The position numbers were made by a program, and so were the translations under genes. From NCBI GenBank assembly GCA_964016885.1, contig OZ024754.1, positions 25,482,001 to 25,546,000 on the forward strand: a stretch of 64,000 nucleotides of DNA, written 5' to 3'. This document shows positions 44,726 to 64,000 of this stretch, one piece after another. The first letter of the stretch is position 1. Every line of letters begins with the position of its first letter. The notes below the pieces were generated by a model that made no database searches, was not told where the DNA came from, and worked only from the letters and a program-made list of their open reading frames with translations. The DNA is from Eledone cirrhosa (lineage: Eukaryota).

Positions 44726-44778
44726 ATTTTACATATATATATACATATAAATATATATATATGTATATATATATACAC

Positions 44779-44851
<73 letters not shown>

Positions 44852-44852
44852 C

Positions 44853-44916
<64 letters not shown>

Positions 44917-45022
44917 GTATATATATATATACATATATATATATATGTATATATATATATATGTATATATTTATATATGTATATATATATGTATATATAT
45001 ATGTATATATATATATATATAT

Positions 45023-46046
45023 ATGATAAAGAACACAGGAGCGTCTACAACATCAATAGATTTTTATTGGCTTACAATGTTTCTTCCTTACGTAACCGTA
45101 GGATTCGTCAGAGCTATAACGGGGTTGATTGGTGTTATGGACTCTACCAACCAAACAGTCAAGAACAAAGAGTAAAGAAAGTAAAGAGCAAAAGCAGGGG
45201 ACGATAAGTCTAATTTTGGTGCGGGAGGGTGGGGTTTGGGTCCTTGTTTACTAGCTGTGGTCATATTCATTCCCGGGAGTCGAGTGGTTAGTTGAGCCAT
45301 AGATGGGGTGGCGTCGATAGTAGGGTGCAGAGGGTGTGCAGAGGCTACACACACACAAAAGGCATACAACATATATATAATGGAGGAGGTAATTAGAAAT
45401 GGAAAAAGAGTAATAATAATAATCTATAATTAATAATGTATAATAAGGCATGGGGAAGATTACACTATAATAAGGTATAAAAGTAAGAATAAGGTAAAAT
45501 ATAAAGGAGGATAAAAGTGAAAATAAGAATAAAGATAAAAAATATATATAAAAAATAAATATATAGAGAATATATAAAGAAATATAAGCAAGTATTAGGA
45601 GGGGAAACACAATGTAAAAAAACCGATCTTTTCAAACAAAAATATTATAAATATAGGGGGAGAAAACGGGGTAGAGAAATATAATCAAATGTGATTATTT
45701 GAGAGAATATAAGATGATAATAGTTATGTCAAGTTTATACATCCTAATAATAAACAATCTGTATATCAGAGTTACACATCCTTCAATTCACCTGCAGGTT
45801 CAAGCCACGTGGTATCGTCCATTGTTCATCCGTGCGGTCATGTGCGTTTGTTTTGACACCACAGCAGTTACGGTTACGTAAGGAAGAAACATTGTAAGCC
45901 AATAAAAATCTTTTGATGTTGTAGACGCTCTTGTGTTCTTTATCATAGATACGGCTCTGCTCCAAAGCATAGAGCTAATTATTATGGTGCCAATACCTTA
46001 ATGGGACACGGGTATACAATACCTAACTCCTATTAACCTAAGTATT
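45023..46046 (-). mobile_element. Non-coding PLE 3' fragment with inverted end (45869-45946) and extension
   Basis: 45023-45100 vs 45869-45946 inverted; HHR present. Confidence 0.75.
45064..45119 (-). ncRNA. Hammerhead ribozyme
   Basis: gct-CTGACGA-a-tcctacg gtta cgtaagga-a-GAA-ACATTGT-A-agc. Confidence 0.75.
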
Positions 46047-46062
46047 ACATATATATATATAC

Positions 46063-46099
<37 letters not shown>

Positions 46100-46164
46100 C
46101 ATACATATATATATATACATATATATACATATATACATATATATATATACATATGTATATATAC

Positions 46165-46222
<58 letters not shown>

Positions 46223-46298
46223 ATATATATATATATATGAAAGACGTAAAATAAGAAAATTAAAAAAATTAAAAATCAACTTACTTACTAAAATTTTC

Positions 46299-46380
46299 AC
46301 TCCAACTAATTAGTTTCTGTAAGGGGATAAATATAGTTACATAATATAACTATAGAGAATTCCTTACGTCATCAGGGAGT
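46299..46380 (-). ncRNA. Hammerhead ribozyme with extended stem II
   Basis: actcc-CTGATGA-c-gtaagg..(tatagtta/taactata)..ccttac-a-GAA-ACTAATTAGT-T-ggagt. Confidence 0.75.
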
Positions 46381-46827
46381 CTATTCTCAGCTAAGTTCCC
46401 AGGCAATGCGCGGACACTAGGAACCCATATAAAAATAATAATTCAGTGGATAGAACAAAGCTAGCGAGGACTAAATTCCGGAGCACTGAAAAATTCAGTC
46501 TCTGGTCAGTGGAAGATTCTAAAGAATCAATCACGTGACACTGAGGTTAATCAGTTAGGAGCGGGGTGGTATTATGACAAGAGCCTACTACTACCATGAA
46601 TCAGCAGTAATTTTGGCAAGTTTTGCTCAACAAATAATGTGGTAATAAATATAGAGAATTAGTACATCTACCAACATATGTGTACAGATGTACACCTATG
46701 CTAGCAAATATATGTTATGTCTTAGTACCTTTGTGGTTCTATGCAGGGGGATGCAGAACAATTATATGAAAGAAGTAAAATAAGAAAATTTTAAAAATTA
46801 AATATCAACTTACTTACTAAAATTTTC

Positions 46828-46909
46828 ACTCCAACTAATTAGTTTCTGTAAGGGGATAAATATAGTTACATAATATAACTATAGAGAATTCCTTATGTCA
46901 TCAGGGAGT
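46828..46909 (-). ncRNA. Hammerhead ribozyme (second unit)
   Basis: Same as 46299-46380. Confidence 0.7.
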
Positions 46910-47236
46910 CTATCCTCATTTAAGTTCCCAGGTAATGCGCGGACACTAGGAACCCATATAAAAATAATAATTCAGTGGATGGAACAAAGCTAGCGAGGAC
47001 TAAATTCCGGAGCACTGAAAAAATTCACTGCCTCTGGTCAGTGGCAGATTCTATATGGGTTCCTAGTGTCCGCGCATCGCCTGGGAACTTAGCTGAGAAT
47101 AGACTCCCGGATATCGTAAGGAATTCTCTATAGTTATATTATGTAACTATATTTATCCCCTTACAGAAACTAATTAGTTGGAGTGAAAATTTTAGTAAGT
47201 TGATTTTTTATTTTTAAAATTTTCTTATTTTACGTC

Positions 47237-47321
<85 letters not shown>

Positions 47322-47326
47322 TATAC

Positions 47327-47357
<31 letters not shown>

Positions 47358-47395
47358 CATATATATATACATATATATACATATATATATATATG

Positions 47396-47505
<110 letters not shown>

Positions 47506-47511
47506 GATATA

Positions 47512-47543
<32 letters not shown>

Positions 47544-47544
47544 C

Positions 47545-48238
<694 letters not shown>

Positions 48239-48257
48239 ATATATATATATATATATA

Positions 48258-48991
48258 TTGTTATACTTGGGGAGGGTCATATTTGCGTAATATTGCCAGA
48301 ATTAATAACAGAACACACTCACTGTTTGGTTGGTTTTCGGTTCTCGCTGTCTTTTATATCTGCGATCTAACTTACTCGGTCCTCAATGTTGCCATTGACT
48401 GACCGACGGTCAAAAATAATACAGATACAATATAGACACAAACACATATATATAGTTTACATAATTTACATAAGTCTTTCGTTGCACATCTGCAACATCG
48501 TCAGTGGTGTTATATTTATTTATTTATTTATTTTTTTCCCTCTTGTTGTGTCTACGCCATTTTTTATTCAGTCTGTCTATATATTTATTAGCAAATAAAT
48601 AAATAAATATATAGACAGACTGAATAAAAAATGGCGTAGACACAACAAGAGGGAAAAAAATAAATAAATAAATAAATATAACACCACTGACGATGTTGCA
48701 GATGTGCAACGAAAGATTTATGTAAATTATGTAAACTATATATATGTGTTTGTGTCTATATTGTATCTGTATTATTTTTGACCGTCGGTCAGTCAATGGC
48801 AACATTGAGGACCGAGTAAGTTAGATCGCAGATATAAAAGACAGCGAGAAGCGAAAACCAACCAAACAGTGAGTGTGTTCTGTTATTAATTCTGGCAATA
48901 TTACGCAAATATATGACCCTCCCCAAGTATAACAATATCTGTTTGGACACACGATTTCATATAAAAACCTCGCTAAACTAATTCATCGCCG

Positions 48992-48992
<1 letters not shown>
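48258..48992. mobile_element. Near-perfect 680 bp fold-back element with HHR-like motif in each arm and one-sided extension (48937-48992)
   Basis: 48258-48590 is the reverse complement of 48600-48936; CTGACGA-t-gttgca gatg tgcaac-GAAAG at 48687-48715. Confidence 0.8.
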
Positions 48993-49075
<83 letters not shown>

Positions 49076-49184
49076 ATACTTTGGGAGGGTCATGTTGCCA
49101 ATAAGAAACACACGCACCAGTTGCTTTCACTTCAATTTATTATATATTTATAAATTTATAAATTTATAAATTTATATATATGTA

Positions 49185-50828
49185 CGATATTAACAAATGG
49201 AAACTATATTTATAAAACCATATTTATTTCATTATACATATTTCAAGGACACCTAGTTAAATTATGGTGTGCTTTCATCAGATTAAATATAATATAGATC
49301 AGTTTTATAAATAAATATTGACATATCCTTAAATAATGCAACCATTACTGTTGGAAGCTCCCGGATAGTGGAGTTGTAACTTTAATTTTATTATTAGTAT
49401 TGGATATTTTAAAAATAAGACATTGGGTTATGGAGAAAGAGAAAGATACAGAAGGAAAGAGAGAGAAAGAGCAGAACAACAGAGAGAGAAAGATAGAGAG
49501 AGAGAGGGGAGACAGAGAGAAAGGAGAGAGAACGAAAAACTCTAAGTCATATCATGTTGAGTTAACTTATCAATTGAGATGAAATGAATAAATAAAATTA
49601 GAAATGTTAATAATCATGAATGGAATATTCATATATAATATGAGAAATTTAACCATTGTTTAAATATGATTAGATGTTTAGTTAATAAGTTAAATATTGA
49701 GATCAATATATTAAAAATTGGGATCTATATATTAAGAAATCCATATATTATTAAAGATCTATATATTATATAACACATATACACACGCAAAAATACATAC
49801 ATATAAACCTATATACACACTTATAAAAATACATATACATATCTAACTACGTATATAATATATACATACAAAATATAAAGGATTCTTTAATTTAATTTAA
49901 CATATAGGAATCTTATAAAATGTTACAATTGTTAAGATATTAAAGGAAATTTTATTTTATACACACTTTATGTTATTAAACAAAATTTTTTATATAAGTT
50001 TTATAAGATTACCTGTTATGTATTTATAGCTGTTATTATATGTCTATTTGTCATGAATCTTGGGATAATCACTATACATAAGTGCAATCGAATTGTATGG
50101 CTATACACGCACATGTACATACACAATTCCCACCTATACATACATATATGTACCCTCACAAATAGGTAGGTACGCATCACGTATATATACATATAGATAG
50201 ACATACACGCATAAAACATATGTACATGTATGTCAATACACACATATACATATATACACACATATAGAGAGAAGTATATATAAATACAGTACATAGTATA
50301 ATTGAGTACATAAAATACAAAAGAATTATATTACGATTTGGAAATATAATTATAAGCAATATAACTTTAAAAACAATATAACTTTAAAATATTATAGAAT
50401 ATTTCAAGTTATAATTTCAAAATAATAGTATGTTTAATAGATTTAGTATAGTAATTTTCTACGTATATTTAACTTAATTTTATATCCATAAGAGAAATAA
50501 ACAGAAACTTTGAAAGTATAAACTTTCGAAAATAGGAGAAGCTATCAAACAATAAAAAATAAAATATATAAAAAATAGAAGAAATATTTTCTCCTTTCAA
50601 GCGCTCTCAGTATATTTCTCTAGAATAGTTTATTATATTTATTTATATTTACGAAGAAAAGTTATTTTTACTTGAGTAAAAAAAGATGAAGGAATCTAAT
50701 GATTTATAAAACTGATCTATATTATATTTTATCTGATGAAAGCACACCATAATTTAACTAGGTGTCCTTGAAATATGTATAATAAAATAAATATGGTTTT
50801 ATAAATATAGTTTCCATTTGTTAATATC

Positions 50829-50830
<2 letters not shown>
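49185..50830 (+). mobile_element. AT-rich non-coding PLE derivative with inverted ends (49185-49311 / 50703-50830)
   Basis: Inverted repeat containing an HHR. Confidence 0.7.
50726..50788 (+). ncRNA. Hammerhead ribozyme (inverted copy at 49226-49287)
   Basis: ttttat-CTGATGA-aag c acacc..ggtgt c ctt-GAA-ATATGTAT-A-ataaaa. Confidence 0.7.
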
Positions 50831-50908
<78 letters not shown>

Positions 50909-51049
50909 ATACTTTGGGAGGGTCATGTTGCCAATAAGAAACACACGCACCAGTTGCTTTCACTTCAATTTATTATATATTTATAAATTTATAAATTTAT
51001 AAATTTCTGGTTGGTTGGTTGGTTCCACAATCAGATAGTTGTTTATATA

Positions 51050-51096
51050 TAGTCATAGTTCTTTCGTCACACACTCTGTGACCTCTTCAGTGACTA
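51050..51096 (-). ncRNA. Minimal hammerhead ribozyme
   Basis: tagtca-CTGAAGA-g-gtcac agagtgt gtgac-GAA-AGAACT-A-tgacta. Confidence 0.8.
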
Positions 51097-51335
51097 GGGA
51101 TTCCTTTCTTTGTTTCTGTGCCTCTCCTTTGTTCTGTCCCACGCCATTTTGTTTCTGTGTGTGTGTTGTGTGCTCAGTCTGCGCATGCGCCACATCCGGG
51201 TGTCTGTGTGTGTTTATGTTCATTTATTTATTTGTTTATTTACATGTTACTGGTTGGTTGTTTGTTCTATGTGTGTGTGTGTTTTCATTTTGTCCTTAAT
51301 TGTAAGTTGTGATGTTGCTGTTCCACTCATATTTT

Positions 51336-53035
51336 CTATTTAATTTTGGTTGTAATTCTTTTGTTTATTGCCTCTGTAATTTGTCTAAACATTGCGTCTT
51401 TTCTGTGTGTAGATTCTATTTTTATTTCTATGTTCTCTAATTTACCCTTGTGTTCTATTTTAGCATGTTGGTAGAGTACAGATGATTCTTTATTATCTTG
51501 AAGGTCTCGCCAGTGTTCATTTATCCGTTCCCCTACACTACGAGCTGTCTCACATATGTACACTATATTTTTGTCTCTACATTGTCCTTCAGTACATCTT
51601 ATGCTATACACTACATTTCTAGTTTTACAGTTAATATGGGGGCTTATTTTACAGGTTATACATTTCTTATCATTACATGAGGGTCTTTGAAAAGGGTATG
51701 TCTTGCTAATAAGTGTTTTTACGGAGGTACCTGGTCTTTCTACTATCTTAATATTGAGTTTATGTTTATTTAGGGCCCTTCTAAATTTGTAAGCTAATTC
51801 ACCTCTAGGGGTTGTATCGATGAACATTACACTCTGGTATTTATTGCTATCATACCATGAGTTTATTCTATTAGCCTTGTTCCTAGTTCTTTCTATTCTA
51901 TTCCAAAATTTGCTCCTATACAAGGGGCAGGTCCCATTTATGTCATTATTTACCATTTTTTCCCATTTGGTTCTGGCTCCTTTATACACTCTGATTTTAT
52001 CTCTCTGATTGTAGCCAGAGAACTGCATACGGTGGATGAAGTGTTGTATGTGTCTCTCTAGTTCTTCGGGGTTGCACATGCGGGACACATTTCTCATCAC
52101 CCGTACCAAATCCGCAATCAGTATGTTGATTTTGGTATGGTCCGAAATGGCCGAGTTTCGGTGGATCAGATGTTTGGAAGTCATGGGTTTGGCATAATGG
52201 GAATGGAGGATTTGTTTTTTGTTGTTAATGGTATGTAACCAGAGCTCTGTGTCTAGTACAGGTAATCGATGGTTGGGGTGTTTACTTGGGTAGTCTATAG
52301 TAACTCTAATGCTCTGGTGGATGGAGTTTGCTATTTGCTGGATGCTTTCCATTGTTTTTCTCTAGTTCCTGACTGTTCTCTAGTGGGGGTGTCTTAACTA
52401 CGATGTTTATATCATCTACGTAGCGGGAGTACATTATCAGGGTTAAGGGGTCTTCTAATTGTTCTTTAAGTTTAAGTTTAAGTCTACTGTCCCACCATAC
52501 CATGAATAAGTTAGCTATGTCGCCTGCAATGCTAACACCAATGGCTGCTCCTTCCTCTTGGGCATATGTTTTTCCATTAAATTTGAACATATGTTCCTTA
52601 AGGGTTAGTTTTATGCTGGCCCCTACCGCATGTGCAATCATTTTCTTCAGTTCATCGTGGTTTTCGGGTGTCCGTATGGCTCTGGTCCACCCGTTCCATC
52701 TATCTGTGTGGGTTTTCTTGGCCATTGAGGTAATGGTAGGTGGTCTGCCTCTTGCTGGTCTTGTAGGGCACAGGTTGCTAAGGTCATATGTGTCTAGGTA
52801 ATTATTACTATAGGTAAGCTTAAGTAGGAGTCCTAGCTCACTGGTATCAATCCCACGGAACTCAACCTTGCTCTCACTGATCATTTCTACGCATTTCTCC
52901 ACAGCAAAATCCACGTCAATAGATGGATACAGGGACACAACATCCATACTGCCTATTATGCAGTTTGTTAGGTCCCCAGATCGGTTACTCACGCCGATTC
53001 TGCTGAGGAGGTCCTCCGTGCTGTCACATACATCT
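51336..53035 (-). pseudogene. PLE RT + GIY-YIG, frameshift near 52355
   Basis: GSMDVVSLYPSI, QEEGAAIG, YSRYVDDI, LPVLD, YAKPM, C-x4-C-x2-C, RNVVYSIRC..VYICETARSVGERINEH. Confidence 0.9.
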
Positions 53036-53069
53036 GTATATTCCTTTCATGCCTATATATCCTCTTCAT

Positions 53070-53190
53070 TCTCGCATGCTCTGAAGAACTGGCTGGTTAT
53101 AATTTTGTATTGGCGATCGAGTAACGTGAAAATAAGCGAATAACGATCTCTAGACCTACCAGTTCAGAGAAACAATTGTCAGCAATGAGA
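53070..53190 (+). ncRNA. Hammerhead ribozyme with about 80 nt stem II domain
   Basis: tctc..tgct-CTGAAGA-a-ctggctggt..accagttcag-a-GAA-ACAATTGT-C-agca..gaga; inside island 53035-53410. Confidence 0.7.
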
Positions 53191-53410
53191 TTAAAAACCT
53201 TTTTTGTATAGCAAACCATGTCAATCTTCTTTCCTGATTTATTATTACTCGAAGTGTTTACAACATAGGAATTACAGCATACTCGCAACATCACTATGAA
53301 AACGCCTTGTTGAGTCAAACCAAGCCAAGCGTTGATATCATCCACTACCCGGAATACCATAACTGGACTACACCTAAGTGGACTGCATATAACTATTATT
53401 TGTTACCCCG

Positions 53411-53490
<80 letters not shown>

Positions 53491-53493
<3 letters not shown>

Positions 53494-53628
53494 CGAAGGA
53501 AATGTGGTAAGGAACCAGGTGGACCATAACGCACCAAAGTACTCAATACTTGAGGTAGTAGAGTGGATAATAGGAACCAGTAAGACCCCGACAGCTGAGC
53601 TCAAGCCGTTTCGACGGCTAATTCTGGA
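53491..53628 (-). mobile_element. Short unit carrying the 3' half of an HHR (also 62311-62445)
   Basis: GAA-ACGGCT-tgagctc-AGCYGT-C; 5' core absent. Confidence 0.6.
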
Positions 53629-53629
53629 C

Positions 53630-54151
<522 letters not shown>

Positions 54152-54156
54152 CTCTC

Positions 54157-59520
<5,364 letters not shown>

Positions 59521-59540
59521 CATACATATATATAAATATA

Positions 59541-59623
<83 letters not shown>

Positions 59624-59716
59624 TTATATATATATATATATGTATATATATATACATATATATACATATATATACATATATATATACATATATATATATA
59701 TATGTATACATATACA

Positions 59717-60861
<1,145 letters not shown>

Positions 60862-60863
60862 TG

Positions 60864-60977
<114 letters not shown>

Positions 60978-61048
60978 CATATATATATATATATGTAGTA
61001 TATATCTATATATCTATATATATGTATATATATGTATATACATATATA

Positions 61049-61493
61049 TTCCTTTCGGCGTGTAAAACTAACTGACATGAAGCGGAAGTATAAGGTTGAC
61101 ATGTAAGGAGTGTTGTAGGGTGTATTATATCAATTTTAAAGATAAGCCGGTGTTTATCAACAATGTAGGTCAGGTGGCCGCAATGTTCAGTATTTATCTG
61201 ACCGACGAAGTATTTATCATTAAGTAGAATTTGTGTGGTCTACATTAGATGAGAACACAGTCTTTCTTTTCATCTTCAATAACATCAACCCATAAACTTA
61301 TTCCTTCTCAGCTGCTGCCATCACTTGATCCTAAATCCAAGAATTTCTCAAATCACTACTACAATGTAACTTTACCTTCCTTTTGCCATACAGTCAGCAT
61401 GTTTATCTCTTTGCATGTATGTATGTATTTGTACGAGTGTATATTGATGTGTATGTATATGTCTCTGTACACGTGCGTGTGTATATATATATA

Positions 61494-61526
<33 letters not shown>

Positions 61527-61826
61527 TGCCTCCTTAACCTCTGTATTAACTTGCCCATTATTTAGCTTTGACAGTGTTGTCCCATACATGTATTTTATTG
61601 AAGAGGAAAAGAAAGACTGTGTTCTCATCTAATGTAGACCACATAAATTCTACTCAATGATAAATACTTCGTCGGTCAGATAAATACTGAACATTACGGC
61701 CACCTGACCTACATTGTTGATAAAACACCGGCTTATCTTTAAAATTAATATAATACACCCTACGACACTCCTTACATGTCAACCTTATACTTCTGCTTCA
61801 TGTCAGCTACTTTTACACGCCGAAAT
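61049..61826. repeat. About 225 bp inverted repeat (61055-61281 / 61596-61826), non-coding element
   Basis: Direct reading of reverse-complement arms. Confidence 0.8.
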
Positions 61827-61985
61827 CTTAGATACACCATACCCCCCACCTAATGTAATGTCAGGGTATCCTCAAATAATTTATTACTAGCATTGTTGTA
61901 ATTGTTGTTATTGTTCTAACTGAATGCCATTACTACTTCATATAGTAGCCTGTATATTCCTTTCATGCCTGTATATCCTTTTCAT

Positions 61986-62106
61986 TCTCACATGCTCCGA
62001 AGAACTGACTGGTTATAATTTTGTATTGGCGATCGAGTAACGTGAAAACAAGCGAATAGCGATCTCTAGACCTACCAGTTCAGAGAAACAATTGTCAGCA
62101 ATGAGA
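61986..62106 (+). ncRNA. Hammerhead ribozyme (53070 family, CCGAAGA core)
   Basis: Same fold as 53070-53190; partial inverted copy at 63721-63840. Confidence 0.65.
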
Positions 62107-62155
62107 TTAAAAACCTTTTTTGGATAGCAAACCATGTCAATCTTCTTTCCTGATT

Positions 62156-62247
<92 letters not shown>

Positions 62248-62439
62248 CATATATATATATATATACATATATATACATATATATACATATATTTACATAT
62301 ATATATATATAACGAAGGAAATGTGGTAAGGAACCAGGTGGACCATAACGCACCAAAGTACTCAATACTTAGGGTAGTAGAGTGGGTAATAGGAACCAGT
62401 AAGACCCCGACGGCTGAGCTCAAGCCGTTTCGACGGCTA

Positions 62440-63706
<1,267 letters not shown>

Positions 63707-64000
63707 GTATATATATATATAAATCAGGAAAGAAGATTGACATGGTTTGCTATACAAAAAAGGTTTTTAATCTCATTGCTGACAATTGTTTCTCTGAACT
63801 GGTAGGTCTAGAGATCGCTATTCGCTTGTTTTCTCGTTACATTGTAGTAGTGATTTGAGAAATACTTGGATTTAGGATCAAGTGATGGCAGCAGCTGAGA
63901 CGGAATAAGTTTGTGGGTTGATGAGGTATTTACAGACATTTGTGTGGTATAGACTTGTGAAGGCTAGAGTGTACTTAATGAGTATATTTCTGTGGTGATT

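Larger units (their letters stand above)
46238..47241 (-). mobile_element. Retrozyme-like tandem (about 529 bp unit, 1.5 copies) plus inverted arm 47054-47241
   Basis: 46238-46520 repeated at 46767-47052; HHR in each. Confidence 0.85.
50903..53035 (-). mobile_element. 5'-truncated Penelope-like element of a non-Naiad clade (clade not assigned; possibly Nematis-like)
   Basis: RT + GIY-YIG coding region; 3'UTR with HHR; ends in (TA)n. Confidence 0.88.

Noticed and set aside
61590-61635. TTGAAGA-ggaaaa-GAAAGA-ctgtgt-TCTC as a stem-II-less hammerhead
   Set aside because: No stem II and no convincing stem I; could be chance in purine-rich sequence.

Overview
Eukaryotic, very AT-rich repeat region with no host gene that I can support. 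The host is probably an invertebrate; a cephalopod such as Octopus is my inference from repeat style only. The window is an interrupted (TA)n microsatellite field filled with retroelement insertions. It contains five RT-bearing Naiad-type Penelope-like elements (PLEs; RT + CxC-x5-CP-x4-C linker + GIY-YIG), one nearly intact at 16134-23685, plus a GIY-YIG-only 3' piece. It also holds one Neptune-like PLE, one PLE of a third clade, one CR1/L2-group LINE fragment and many short non-coding PLE-derived or retrozyme-like units. Most islands carry a type I hammerhead ribozyme (HHR) near the 3' end. I read about 18 distinct HHR families by eye, many with non-canonical cores or large stem II insertions. 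The most notable observation is a covarying bulged hairpin, RYTC-stem-loop-stem-TH-GARY, shared by about 11 otherwise dissimilar families and lying downstream of the HHR wherever one is recognisable. One class of insertion end stops a few nt before this hairpin. The opposite, inverted end of the same insertion usually includes the hairpin plus 40-130 nt. This suggests a conserved RT-positioning element and two-site priming into (TA)n. The many IYIY ORFs are microsatellite artefacts.
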